This document shows positions 29,761-43,319 of a stretch of DNA of 64,000 bases, piece after piece. Position numbers and translations under genes: made by a program. The notes under the pieces are model-generated. The model saw nothing but the letters and a program-made list of their open reading frames with translations. It did not search any database and had not been told where the DNA came from. Positions within the stretch are counted from its first letter, which is position 1. Each line of letters starts with the position of its first letter. Source of the stretch: Eledone cirrhosa (Eukaryota); assembly GCA_964016885.1 (NCBI GenBank), contig OZ024742.1, positions 246,822,001 through 246,886,000 on the forward strand, read 5' to 3'.

Positions 29761-30387
29761 TAATACCAATGTGTATTTGTCTGTCACGCATTAGAGATGA
29801 CTGAGGAAGGAATGGGTGATGACAAACTAAAGGAAGCAGCGTCTAGCATTCGCTACAACTGTGTGTGTGTATATTTGTATAGCGAAATGGCTACAGTCAT
29901 TGGCTGTTCTGATTAAGTGAGTGCTTGTGTATGTGTATATATATGTGTGTTTATGTAAATTATATTTATCCATTATATTTGTGTGAGTGTATATGTATTT
30001 CTGTGTGTTTATTTAGAAATATACATGGACAATAGCATTACAAACACTCAGGCATCTACACATACATATATAAACAGACAAACTTAGAATAGCTAATTAT
30101 TACATACACACACATCTGTGTGATGAAAGAGGAAGAAGGGGTTGGGTGAGACACTATAGAAGTTCAGCCTCCTAAGATTCGTCACACTTGTGTGTGTAAG
30201 GTGTAGCGAGTTGCCTACATGCATTGGCTGTGTATTTGTATCACTTATGTGAGTGAGCGCGAAGGAACCAACCAACCAACAAACAAACAAACAAGCAAAT
30301 TCATCACACACACACGCGCGCACAAATACAAACACACACACACCCACGCATGCACACACACATACGCGCACACACACACACACACAC

Positions 30388-30690
30388 ACGTGGTTGTCTG
30401 GCTAAGCAGTTTACTTCGCAAGTACATGATTTCAGGTTCGTCTTCATTATTGGGCACCTTGATCAAGTGTCATCTACTATAGCCATATATCATATACACA
30501 CATATGCATATGTGTGAGTGTATTTGTCTGTGCGCACTCGTATCTGTGGTCATATTTATGTCTCGGAACGTAGTGGTTCCTCAAAAGAAGATCGTTAAAC
30601 TAAGCCCACACTTGAAAAATAAACCCTAGGATTGATATGATGAGCTAAATCCATTGAAGGCGATGCCACAGCATGTCTCGCAATATAAAT
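30388..30690 (+). mobile_element. Older CORE-like tRNA-SINE, diverged
   Basis: Degenerate head (gtggttgtctggctaag..caggttcg), then GGCACCTTGATCAAGTGTCATCTACTATAGCC, and tail gaaggcgatgccacagcatg. Confidence 0.6.
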
Positions 30691-30691
30691 A

Positions 30692-30876
30692 TTTGTTTCT
30701 ACTATTGGCACAAGGCCAGCAATTACCCCACTACATTACTGGTACTTTATTCTATCGACCCCGTAAGGATGAAAGGCAAAGTGAACCTCGGTGGGATTTG
30801 AACTCACACCATAAAGGGGCGTAACTCTATGCTGCAAAGCATGGCGTCCGACCTTCTACCGATACTTCCAATCCCC
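30692..30876 (-). mobile_element. Nin/Deu-domain tRNA-SINE (short variant)
   Basis: Homologous to 29577-29760; flanked by CGCAATATAAATA. Confidence 0.85.
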
Positions 30877-30889
30877 CGCAATATAAATA

Positions 30890-31111
30890 TTGGTTTCTTA
30901 TATAGGCACATGGGCAACAATATTTTTTTGTGGGGGGAAGTCGATTAAATCGACACCAGTACGTGACTGGTACTTTATTTTATCGACCCCGTAAGGATGA
31001 AAGGCAAAGGTAACCTTGGCGGGATTTGAACTCAGATCATAAAGGGCCGTTACTCTATGCTGCAAGGCATGTTGTCCGACGTCCTACCGATACTGCCAAT
31101 CCGCTGCCCTT
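30890..31111 (-). mobile_element. Nin/Deu-domain tRNA-SINE (long variant)
   Basis: Homologous to 29341-29560; flanked by CGCAATAT(A/G)AATA. Confidence 0.85.
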
Positions 31112-31329
31112 CGCAATATGAATAATAAAAGAAGGAAAGAACAAGGGATTAATCAGCACACCATGTATGGTTGAGTAGCATAATTATTTCAAATGATATT
31201 TTCTGAAAGGTTTGGCACTATTGCCTGCAACAAAACACAGAGGCTTGACCGACCGCTTCCTTTTCGTACCAGTCGCCGGCGAGACCTTTGTTGTCCTCAG
31301 TCCCTTCACTGTGTATTGCTCAAGTTATC

Positions 31330-31900
31330 GAGTGTGTATATCTCGGACACACACTATCATCAAACAACAATGGAATGGTTGCTGCGCAATATCGAATCGC
31401 TGTAGGTTGGGCAGCCTTCAGTAAGTACTAACATCAAAACGAGTTTCCTATCATTTAATGGCTAAGATCTTTGATACTTACATCCTGCCATCTGTGTTAT
31501 ATGGTCTTGACTGTGTTAATTGAACGGCAAGGTCACTTCAGAAGCTTTCTACATTCCAGAACCCCATCATGAGACTTATGACTGGCAAGCGGCTCAGCGA
31601 CTATATCTGTATCAGTGAGCTGCTCAACATTACCAAACTTAGACCAATTACATCAATTGTCAAGTCAAGAGTACAAAGATCAACTCGTGGTGTGCGTATG
31701 GGAGGAAGGTTGGCTGGTTAGCAGAGGCCAGCAGCCAAAACGATGGCTTGACAATGTCAACTTATGAACTGGACTTGATCTTTTCTCGTTGAACTCTGCT
31801 GTTGGTGATCGAACTTTGTGGAGAGAGATATCACATGTTAATGCGCAGTCTGCAACTGGTGTCACAAGAGGATCGAGAAGACAGCAGCCCGACCGCTGAA
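31330..31900 (+). mobile_element. 3' fragment of an RTE-like LINE (post-RT region)
   Basis: Translates to AKIFDTYILPSVLYGLDCVN*..LQKLSTFQNPIMRLMTG..RGQQPKRWLDNV..DRTLWRE. Confidence 0.65.
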
Positions 31901-32688
31901 GGATCCCTGTGAGGTGGCTGTTAAAGCAGGTGTCGCTGACCATTCCTTGCGGCAATACCTTTGTTATTTTTTCCGTGGTGCGCCACCTAAACACCGCTCA
32001 GACTGACGTGTAGAGGATGTCACTCTTTCTACCCTTCCTTTGCTTTTGCTGCTCCATTCTTATTTCCTTTTTGTTTTTCTTATTCTCCTTTCTCTTTTTG
32101 TTTCCATATTGCCATGAATATTGTACAGTTTTTATCATAGTTTCCATTCAATAAAATAAACAACTTTCCAATTACTTTCGCATATATTAGTATATTTATA
32201 CATTTTTCCGTCTGGTAATTTATCTCCATTTACGTATAGGTTTATGTTTGTTTATACAACCCTTCACTTTACTCTATTTAATTTTATTTTATTTTATGGC
32301 TAACTATTTCATTTTATTTTTGTCTGTAATCATCTATTATATCCATTCGCCTATCATCTATTATTTCCATTCACCTACTCCTCCTACAATACACTATACT
32401 TTCAATAAACTCCTCCTTATTTATATATAAGCAATATTTTCACAAGTTGTCTTCAGAATTCTGACAGAGGAAGCTACCGTAAACGACAATATACAGCTTA
32501 TTTAGTTTATTTATCTATTTTGTTCTGCATCCAGCATTGATTGATTCTTATGCACACAAATGAAATATTACAGTACTCACACACATACAAACACGCCCCC
32601 TACAGTCACATACATTCAAACACAGACACGCACACATGTATCTGTAACGATATTACAATATCTCTCTCCCACGTTATCTCTATCTCTA

Positions 32689-32803
<115 letters not shown>

Positions 32804-32820
32804 TAAAATAACAGATTAAA

Positions 32821-32869
32821 GTTTAAGCAAAGAATCGCTGCTTTCACCCTTAACGGGATCTTCTGAAAC
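32821..32869 (-). ncRNA. Hammerhead motif (U4>A variant) inside a TA-flanked pLTR-like segment (~32800-33270, which contains a diverged ~140-bp tandem)
   Basis: Reverse complement: gttt-CAGAAGA-tccc gttaa gggt-GAAA-gca gcgattctt tgc-TT-aaac. Confidence 0.5.
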
Positions 32870-33302
32870 TAACAAAGTCAATCTGTAAACGCAGAACTGG
32901 ATATTTCAAAAAACGTTGCAACCGGAGGAAGACAGGAAGACGATACTTTGGTTCGTGGAAACGTTCGCTGGCTAAGAACGGGAAAAAACGAATAATACGT
33001 CATTAATAGGAGCGGTGAAAAACAATTACGCGCAAAGACAGAACCACGTTTATGGTATAATAGAGGTCGTAGACTAATGTTCTCTTAGGTGGTGCATAGA
33101 GACGTTCTCTGGCGATGAACGAAAAAAACGAAGATAATACGTCATATGTGGAGCGTGGAGAACAATAGCACGCAAAGACAAAACCACATAAAAGGTAAAG
33201 CAGTAGTTGTAGACTATATATTTTCCTTATCGAGCCCTCTTTGGATTTTAGTCTTCAATTTTATTATTATTACTATATATATATATATATATATTTTTAT
33301 TG

Positions 33303-33757
33303 TTATTTTATAGAAGGAGCTTCTACAGGACTAGTACTGTTTCATTCAGATGAAATCTTCAGGAAGCTGGGTGTCATATTAAGTTCTGGTATTTATACAT
33401 TTAGGTAGTGGTAAGGGAGGGGTGGTGGATTTTTTTTGGGGGGGTATTTAGATACATAGGACCACTTCATGGCACAGGCCGTTTTTTCTTTGGGGAGTGG
33501 TCAATTAACCAGAGTGCTTTTTGAAATAAATAAATAAGTAAATAAATAAATAAATGAATACATAAATAGATAAATGAATAAATAAATAAAAAAAATAAAA
33601 AATAAATAAATAAAAAAAAGTAATTCAACAGATATATAGTAGGGAAATTTTTTGTGTGTTTGTGTTTTTCTTGTGTATATATGTATATATGTGTATGTAT
33701 GTATGTGTGTGTGTGTATATGTATGTGTGTGTATGTGTATGTGTATACGCACACATA

Positions 33758-33806
<49 letters not shown>

Positions 33807-33837
33807 GTGTGTGTGTGTGTGTGAATGTGTAGGTGTG

Positions 33838-33889
<52 letters not shown>

Positions 33890-34470
33890 TATGTATGTGT
33901 GTGTAAGCGTTTTTGTATGTGGTTGTGAGTATGTAAATATATTTTATTCTTTCCATTCTACAAAAACACTCTGGCCACCTGTGGCTTGTATGTTAACTTG
34001 ACCACTCACCCCAGTCTGTGCCATGATTCGGTCTTGTTAAATGTTTAATTTCTATTACCAACCCACCTAAAAAATTTCCCTACTATATATTTGTTGAATT
34101 ACTTTTTTTTATTTATTTATTTTTTATTTATTTTATTTATTTATTCATTTATTTATTTATTTACTTATTTATTTATTTCAAAAAGCACTCTGGCTAATTG
34201 ACCACTCCCCAAAGAAAAAACGGCCTGTGCCATGAAGTGGTCCTATGTATCTAAATACCCCCCCCCCCCCCAATCCACCACCCCTCCCTTACCACTACCT
34301 AAATGTATAAATACCAGAACTTAATATGACACCCAGCTTCCTGAAGATTTCATCTGAATGAAACAGTACTAGTCCTGTAGAAGCTCCTTCTATAAAATAA
34401 AAAAGTTTTACTCTGCCATGTATTGAGTACCTTACTTACTGTGGTTATCCCCGACTCAACCCGGGACCTA
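33303..34470. mobile_element. Fold-back PLE-like non-autonomous element: arms 33303-33652 and 34070-34400
   Basis: The arms are near-perfect reverse complements, each carries a hammerhead, and the element is bounded by (TA)n. It shares its tail (ttgagtaccttacttactgtggtt) with 62540-62612. Confidence 0.8.
34335..34385 (+). ncRNA. Type-I hammerhead ribozyme (mirror copy on the minus strand at ~33318-33368)
   Basis: agcttc-CTGAAGA-tttca tc tgaat-GAAA-cag tactagtc ctg-TA-gaagct. Stem I is 6 bp and the cleavage triplet is GUA. Confidence 0.8.
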
Positions 34471-34471
34471 C

Positions 34472-35286
<815 letters not shown>

Positions 35287-35632
35287 GAGAGAGAGAGTGA
35301 GAGTGAGAGAGAAAGAGAGGAGAGAAAAAGAGAGAGAAAGAGAGAGAGAGAAAGAGAGATAGAGCAGGAGGAAGCATATGTATGTACACACAAATATATA
35401 TGTATATACATTGGCAAGTTAAGGTTATGATGTTCCAGGATTCCAATTGTCAAAGTTTGCTCCCTTTCGGATCCCATTTGGTTCTTGTGATACGCAATCT
35501 TTGTGCGTCCATGCCACGCCTCCCAGGACAGGTTGCAGGCCCATCGCCAATGTTTGCGGTATGAAATGGAGAAAGCAATATATTTTTCGAAACGACCCGT
35601 CTATCTAAGGCCTGAAGAAGAAGAAGAAGAAG

Positions 35633-35725
35633 AAGAAGAAGAAGAAGAAGAAGAAGAAGAAGAAGAAGAAGAAGAAGAAGAAGAAGAAGAAGAAGAAGAA
35701 GAAGAAGAAGAAGAAGAAGAAGAAG
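35633..35725 (+). repeat. (GAA)n trinucleotide tract, ~31 units
   Basis: Seen directly. Confidence 0.95.
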
Positions 35726-36009
35726 CAATAGCAGCAATATTAACAGCAGCAACATCAAGGACAACAACATCATCAATGACAACAGGAAACAGCAACAGAA
35801 AAAAAAACAACAACAAGAAGAAGATTGTCTAGTTATATCGGTGTAAACTCAGGATAGAGATAACATAGAACATCTCCAGCAGTGAAGATATGTCTTAGCC
35901 TTAGAACACAACAACATTAAGATCGTACGTTCAACACCCTCACCACTATATATATAAACAGGAAGCGCAAATCAACAGGTTAAAATTAACTACGTTTATT
36001 CATATTCGC

Positions 36010-36066
36010 TGTTATATATATATTTTGGTGATAGCCATTATTCAACAGCTATGACCTCATCAGACA
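36010..36066 (-). ncRNA. Hammerhead motif with G12>A (probably inactive)
   Basis: Reverse complement: tgt-CTGATGA-ggtcatagc..gctatcacc-AAAA-tatatata-TA-aca. Confidence 0.5.
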
Positions 36067-36209
36067 TCTAATACTTGAACATAAAAAACCCAGTTGAACA
36101 GAAAAACACCTGTTCTTTGAGAAAACAACACCATACCTCGTGACTGGGCGTATCAAAAGATGGAAATAACAGAAGTAAACTCTGGTGTTATTAGCGTCAC
36201 GCTTGGTGA

Positions 36210-36253
<44 letters not shown>

Positions 36254-36356
36254 TTGTCCCGTCAACTTTTTATTTATATATATATATATATGCCCAACGA
36301 TCTCCTCATGTAAAGTCCCATTCATAGGCGCATACGTAGACAAATATTGTCTAGAC

Positions 36357-38400
36357 CAGGGTTTCCCAACCAGGGCGATTTCAACTATCGGGTGGGCGAT
36401 GAACGAATTTTTAGGAAATGGCGGGCGATCTAAACTTTTGGTGGGCCACAAAGGATTTTCAGTAATTAAGTATGTTATTGATCATATAATGGCAGGTATA
36501 CTGTAATTACAGAGCTCGGATTCGCTCTTCCCTTGTCTAGACTAAGGAAGTAGTATCCAACTGTATAACTGTAATTAATCTGTTTTCAACTGATTCATGT
36601 CTAGAAGTTTACGGCTGCCGAACAGAACAGCTCATATGGACAGCAAGTATTGGACACGGACACATCCGCGTGCATCGGTAAGCTAAAACAGATGATGACG
36701 CAAGACCAACAGCAAACGTGTTAACATTGCTGTTGTCGCGAATCGTGAATGTCTGCCTTCGCCGATTCCGCCTCTATGAATTCTTTTTTCGAATTTTAAC
36801 TTCCCTGATGCCTCCGGTAAAGAAAACTTGTCGCCAGTAGAGCATTGATTATTTATCATATGGATTTATTGCTTCTCCTCAGAACTATCAATTACCCATG
36901 TGTCTTCTATGCCAGCAAACCTTTAGCAATGAAGCCATGAAACCTTCACGCTTGAAATATCATTTTGATTCCAAGCATTCTGACAAAAAAGACAAACCGC
37001 TGTCATATTTTTGCAACTTAAGACCTCTTTCGAAAAGCGGAAAACACTGAACACGATGTTTAGGGAAGCAACTGTACAGGAAAATGACGGCATGATTGCG
37101 TCGTACAATATTGCATTACTGGTCGCAAAGATCGGGAAGTCCCACACTATAGGAGAAACATTGCTTCGACCTGTCATTGAAGAGGTTCTGTCGACTGTAA
37201 TGCACGAGAAATCCGACTCAATTATCAAGAAAATTCCACTTAGTAACAATACAATTTCTCGACGAATAGATGAAATGACCACCGATGTCAAACATCAACT
37301 CATTCAAATTCTCCAGTGTTTTGAATTTTCTATACAAGTGGATGAGTCAACCGTTATAGATAACCAATGTTTGATGATGGTTTATGTTCGATATTTCAAT
37401 GAATACATGAGGAAATGCTGTTCACAGAGAACTTGCTCCTTGATTCAAAAGGTACATCTATTTTCGATATGCTTAAGCGTTTTCTTTCTGAACATCATAT
37501 CCCACTGACCAATATTATTGCTTGTGCGTCTGATGGGGCCTCTTCCATGTTTGGAAGATACAGAGGTTTTTCATCTCTCCTAAATCGTGAAATTTCTCAA
37601 CAGGTTTTAACAGTTCATTGTGTGAACATTTAGTGGCAAAAACATTTAGTGGCAAAAAATATCAATGGTCGGTTGAATGATGCGCTGCAGTTGGTTATCA
37701 AGACTGTGAATACACTGAAATCAAATTCCTTGTCTGATCGAATTTTCCGTCAACTGTGTCACCATAATGATGATGACTTTGTTAGGCTTTTGTACCATAC
37801 CGAAGTACGGTGGCTGTCAAAGGACAACTGTGTTGTTCGCTTTGTTGAACTGTTTCATGTGATCATATCTTTCTTTGAAAGTACTCCTCTGTCGCCTTCA
37901 TTGATTGCTTCAAAGCGCTATATTTTTTTTCTGAGCGATATATTCACTAAACTTAATGATTTGATTAAGTTGTTGCAAGGCAAGCAAAAATCTCTTGTCG
38001 ACTGTAAATCATTTATCACCGCCTTCATTTCGAAATTGGTCCTTTCACATCTTATATTACTTGAACAGCCGGCTCTACCATTAAAGCCAATGGAGCAGCC
38101 ATCTAAGCAGCAGACCTCAAAGAGGTGCATTACTGAATCATAGCCCAGAAATAAACATTTCTAAACGACAATTGCATCAATTACCACAACTGGATTCTTT
38201 GAAAGATGAATTGGTTGACGAGGATATCGTTACCTATCGTGACTATCTACAATCATTGCATGATGACATGGTGGAGCGATTTCAAGATGTTATTACATTG
38301 AATATTCTAAATTGGTATAGCAATCCGTTTGAAGTCCAAGTAGTCTATTGCGAGGACGACGTCCAGGAGGAGCTAATTGAATTGCAGAGTGTTGAGATTT
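36357..38400 (+). mobile_element. hAT Charlie/Buster-type DNA transposon, decayed, 3' end missing
   Basis: 5' TIR CAGGGTTTCCCAACC is preceded by the Charlie-type target GTCTAGAC. Transposase fragments: BED finger (PMCLLCQQ..MKPSRLKYHFDSKH), KSHTIGETL, PLSNNTISRRI, FSIQVDEST, SDGASSMFG, VHC, YHTEVRWLS. Confidence 0.88.
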
Positions 38401-38776
38401 TGAATCCAGAAGCAGAACAAATATCGCGAAGCATTAAGCCCAACTCAAACAAGTCTGCCTTACAAAAAATGTATACCCACACGTAAACAGTTAAAAACAG
38501 TAACATGCTTTTGGGAAAAAAAAAGGCAACAACGAAAACGCTGAGACAAGTTATAATGTATAAATCTAAGACTATAATATCTTCTATTGCTGATGTGAAC
38601 GTTCGACTATTATGAATGTATTCAGTGTTAAGAAATACAGCTGGTTACAATGGAAACGCTCGCAGCAATAGAAAATCATCAACTCAAACAGAGTTTAGTA
38701 TTGGTCATTTATTTACAGTACATTTCAACATTTTACATTGCCTTCTCTATAAATATATGATGATAATATGTATATG

Positions 38777-38887
<111 letters not shown>

Positions 38888-38903
38888 ATATATATATATA
38901 TAT

Positions 38904-39295
38904 ATGATAATAATGGAGCTGCGGAGTTGCAAATGGGTTACATATGAAAAAGTAAGTCCTTCATCAGTGGCCTTCCAACCGTCGTAGGCATTTCATCGCT
39001 TTAAAGGCCATATACCTCAGGTTGGTGCGAGCAACGGCTAAAAAAAGTCGTTGGGACACGTAAATAAAGGGGACGCTAGGGTAAACAAACAAAATGGTTT
39101 AAGCAACAGAAAGTGAGAAGAAAGAGACAAGTCCCAGATTTCTATGAATATAAATTCGGTGAAATCGTGAACGAGAGAATAAAGACCATCAAACCTGGTT
39201 GAAATATGAGCAAGGAAGGAATTTCGCACAGGTCTAACGGGAGGAACAAGGGGTCTGGTCTGCGAATTCGGTAAACATAAGTTTTGTGAAGTCGC

Positions 39296-39350
<55 letters not shown>

Positions 39351-39677
39351 TTCATACCGGCTTGGCCAAGAGAGCGCGAGAAAAGAATTCGGACAGGTCA
39401 AACGGGAAGAAAGAGGAGGAGGAGAGGTGGCGGCAGAGAATGAGTGAGTGAAAGTTGAGGAAGAGGCTAACAGAGAGAGAGAGACTGCTAGAAAGGGTAA
39501 AGATACAAAGAACGAAACAGACGGGTGGCAGCAGAGGAAAAAATATATGTGTAAATATGATAATAATGGAGCTGCGGCGTTGCAAATGGGTTACATATGA
39601 AAAAGTAAGTCCTTCATCAGTGGCCTTCCAACCGTCGTAGGCATTTCATCGCTTTAAAGGCCATATACCTCAGGTTG
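38904..39677 (-). mobile_element. TA-flanked non-coding repeat, ~1.2 copies of a ~650-bp unit; same family as 34517-35167 but circularly permuted
   Basis: Direct repeats 38904-39024 and 39557-39677. The reverse complement aligns by eye with 34517-35030. Confidence 0.75.
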
Positions 39678-39682
39678 CACTA

Positions 39683-39757
<75 letters not shown>

Positions 39758-40156
39758 AATATTGCCAGAATTAATAACAGAACACACTCACTGTTTGGTT
39801 GGTTTTCGCTTCTCGCTTCTGTGTCTTTTATATCGGTAATCTAACTTACTCGGTCCTCAATCTTGCCATTGACTGACCGACGGTCAAAAATAATACAGAT
39901 ACAATATAGACACAAACACATATATATAGTTTATCATAAATCTTTCGTTGCACATCTGCAACATCGTCAGTGGTGTTATATTATCCTCCTGTTGTATTGT
40001 ATGTCTACGCCATTTTTATTCAGTCTGTCTATATATTTATTTATTTGTTTCGACACACGATTTCATATAAAAAACCTCGCAAAACTAATTCATCGCCGCT
40101 ATATATATATAGATAGGTAAATATACACGGGTGTGTATGATTGTGTATAGAAGATT

Positions 40157-40545
40157 ATATTAATAAGAGAAATTCCAACTTTGTCTGATTTACTCGTTTT
40201 ATTTACAATCCTTTAAAATTTATAATGGTATTATAATGAAATAGTATGATAGAATATTAAATTCTAAGTGTTAATTGAACAAGTACTTTCATGCTTTCGC
40301 AATCTTCAGGTTCATAATGTGTGGTGACAGTCAAGTTTGCAATTTTCAACTGTTGAAAATTGCAAACTTGACTGTCACCAGATATTATGAACCTGAAGAT
40401 TGCGAAAGCATGAAAGTACTTGTTCAATTAACACTTAGAATTTAATATTCTATCATACTATTTCATTATAATACCATTATAAATTTTAAAGGATTGTAAA
40501 TAAAACGAGTAAATCAGACAAAGTTGGAATTCCTCTTATTAATAT
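40157..40545. repeat. Near-perfect 389-bp palindrome (194-bp arms, 1-nt spacer at 40351) containing a hammerhead
   Basis: Centre ...gcaattttcaac-T-gttgaaaattgc...; only a few mismatches are visible. Confidence 0.92.
40388..40426 (+). ncRNA. Minimal type-I hammerhead with palindromic stem III (mirror copy at 40276-40314)
   Basis: tgaac-CTGAAGA-ttgc gaaa gcat-GAAA-gtac-TT-gttca. Confidence 0.75.
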
Positions 40546-40569
40546 ATATATATATCTATATATATGGTA

Positions 40570-42225
40570 AATTTCTTTAAGTCGTTTGGAAGCCTCGACA
40601 ATGCAAATGGGTAAATCTTCGGGTAACAAGATCCGGTGGTGGAGAGAGAGATGTAAGTGGGTGTACGTTGAGATGCGTGGCGTGTATAAGACGTGTAGAG
40701 GAATGAAGGAAAGAGCATAAAGGGTAAAATAAAAATAACAACACGAGAAAGAGTTACCTTGGGAGAGATTTAATTGTCCCTATACATTTCGGATTCACAT
40801 CCATCAACTGGTTTTTTTTCCGGGGTGAGGGAAAGGTTGTCTATCGGAAAGGTGCGAAACGCGTCCTATGCTGTTCGTTGTTCTGAATATCTGAGGTATT
40901 CAGCAGATCGCGCGTGCGCGTGAAATGGGGTCGGTCAGGCAGAGGTCAGCGGCCGAAGTAGTTCTTTCAATTGTGGGAGTGGGGTGGCGCTAGCTGTCAG
41001 TCCATTGTCTGCCTGTCTGTTGAATGTTACTGTGTGTGTGTGCGTGTGTTGTTGTCTCGATTGAGTGTGTGTGTGTGCGTGTGTTGTTACCTTGTTCCTC
41101 TGTATTGGCAGTGTAGTATGTTCGTATGGTGGAATGCTACTGTGTGTGTGTGTGTGTACGTGTGTTGCTGTCTCGCTTGTGTGTGTGTGTGCGTGTGTTG
41201 CTGCATCGTTTGTTAACTTAAACCAACCACCTCATTTCGCTTCTCTCGGATCGATTTTTTATTTGTGGCTCTAGGCGTTTGATCCAAAGTGCTTCTTTGA
41301 TACGTAACGTGCCGACGTTTCTTTCTGTCGCTAGAATTGTGACAATGGACCTTCCGTCTTTGTTTACGCATTTGTCTATGTGTTTCCGGAAAGACGAGGC
41401 CCTGATTTTAGTGTGTTCCTTGATCCGGATGTGCAAAGGTCGGATTGTGCTACCTATATAGTATTGGTCGCACTTGTTACATTATATCTTATACACGACG
41501 TATGTGCGTAGGCAACAGTTCGCATGGCGCATCGGACAGTCTTTGAGGGAGCACGCGTCAGTTGATTTCCCGGGTTTCCTGGAGAGGCATCTTCGCAGGG
41601 AGGGGCCCGAGTGAGCCAGGTGGATGTTGAGGCCCTCCCTCCGTATAGCCTTGCGGATAGCGTTGTTGGTATTCTCGCCCAGGTGTGGCATTTTAAGGAA
41701 GCACTTGCCTTGGGTGCCTCTCTGTCTCTTGTGTCTGGTGTCTCCTACTCTGTCTGTGAGCGAGGTAGGGTACCCGTTCGTATCCAACACCTGGAGGAAT
41801 CGCTTGGTATGAGTGACACCACTCGCGAGATCGCTGCATCTGTTTTTGATTCGCGCGATCTCGTTCCTGATGTATCATCTTTTGGCACTGTTAGGCAGGG
41901 CGGACTTGTAGTGGACGAACAGGTCCCTGCAGGCTGCCTTTCGGTAGAAGTTGCAGTGGATCCCTCCCTGTTCCGTGATGTTGATTCGGAAGTCGAGGAG
42001 GGCAAGTGACCCGTCGTCGTTGGGGTGTTCAAACTGAAGTCAATGTTCTCGTCCGTGTTGTTGAACGTCTCATAGATTCTGTTCGCCATGTCTTGGGAAG
42101 ATGTAAGGATGAGGATATCGTCCACGTACCTTGAGAAAAAGGCGATGGCGTTGTGGTGGCAGGCGTTGAGTGCCTTGCGCTCAAGGTTGTCCATGTAAGA
42201 GATCGCTAGCACATTCGACAGTTTC
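40570..42225 (-). mobile_element. Penelope/Poseidon-type PLE, 5'-truncated (RT C-terminal half + GIY-YIG), decayed
   Basis: LSNVLAISYMDNLE..FSRYVDDILIL; NGYP; YVVYKI*CNKCDQYYIGSTIRPLHIRIKEH..LRIKEALWIKRLEPQIKNRSE. Confidence 0.88.
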
Positions 42226-42250
42226 AAGCCTATTAGCTGTCGTCAGCATC
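42217..42250 (-). ncRNA. Hammerhead core joined to the 5'-truncated PLE ORF
   Basis: Reverse complement: gatg-CTGACGA-cagc taatag gctt-GAAA-ctg-TC, then RT coding sequence. The 3' strand of stem I is absent. Confidence 0.45.
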
Positions 42251-42519
42251 GTATACTTCCCTGTCAGATGATTGAACGTTTGAAAGTATATACTTTCCTT
42301 GTGCATATTAACGACTGAGCAGCCTAATTTGCATATCGAGTGAGTTAGTCGGCCGGGCGTACCGAAAACGATAAATGGAAAAGAATGAAATGAAATTTCA
42401 TTTCTCACTCTTAGTACGGCTGATACTTAAATATAAGTATGTACGCGTACATACATATATGTATACAGACGTACAGTAGTATGTATATATATATACATGC
42501 ACACATATATATATATGTA

Positions 42520-43315
42520 CCTATGTCTCTTTTAAACCGGTCGTGGCCATTTTTATGGCTCGATAAGGTCAGTCCATTGTCGCGGTATATTCTCGTGTGG
42601 AAGTCCTGGAATCTAACACGTAATATGTCTAAAATAAATATTCCAACCAAGTTGCATACGTCAGCACTGTCAAACGATCCCATGGAGACGTCAAATAGGT
42701 CTGAAGTTGTTGACTTTTTTGCCCAGGCTACTTCTTTGTTGAAGAGGATAGTTTTCTGGCAGTGGGCGATGATTTCCTTGTCTAAACCATCGACGGTACT
42801 GTAAGTGGTAGCAAAGTCCAAAGCTTTGTTTAACAGAGTCTCTGAGATCGACGGGTAAAAATCAACAACGTCAAACTGTGTGAACTTCGCTTTTTGGGAT
42901 TTGAAGGAGTTAAACTACTTAATTACAGATTCGCTGTTCTCCCACTGGGGCAGGTTGGACTTGGTCCTAATGGTCTTAACTATGTTTCTAAGTATGGCCT
43001 TACTGACAAGTCCCATATCTGTGCGTGCCGGGTTTATTAGTCTACATGTGGGTTTAGAAGTAAAGTCTACTTTGTGATGTTTCAGGGTGAGGAACGCCTC
43101 CCGCTTAGCTAGAGATTGTAGCTTCTTATCTACATTAAGGACGGCGGCATGTTCTTTGGCTTCTGTATTAATGTCGTGGTAGGCCATAGGGTTAGCTTTC
43201 TTATATTTGGAAGTAATAGCGTTATGGGCCAAGTGGCAGTAAGTGGTGTTGTGTCGACTTCGTAAATATTATTAGCTTTGTCGGAAAGAACAAAAGTGTT
43301 AATAGAAGACCTACA
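42520..43315 (-). mobile_element. PLE (Naiad-type) RT N-terminal and core fragment
   Basis: EAFLTLKHHKVDFTSKPTCRLINPARTDMG; QFDVVDFYPSISE; FDVSMGSFDSADVCNLVG; IYRDNGL. Confidence 0.85.
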
Positions 43316-43319
43316 TTTC

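Noticed and set aside
35503-35832. Poly-Glu ORF
   Set aside because: It is the translation of a (GAA)n tract.
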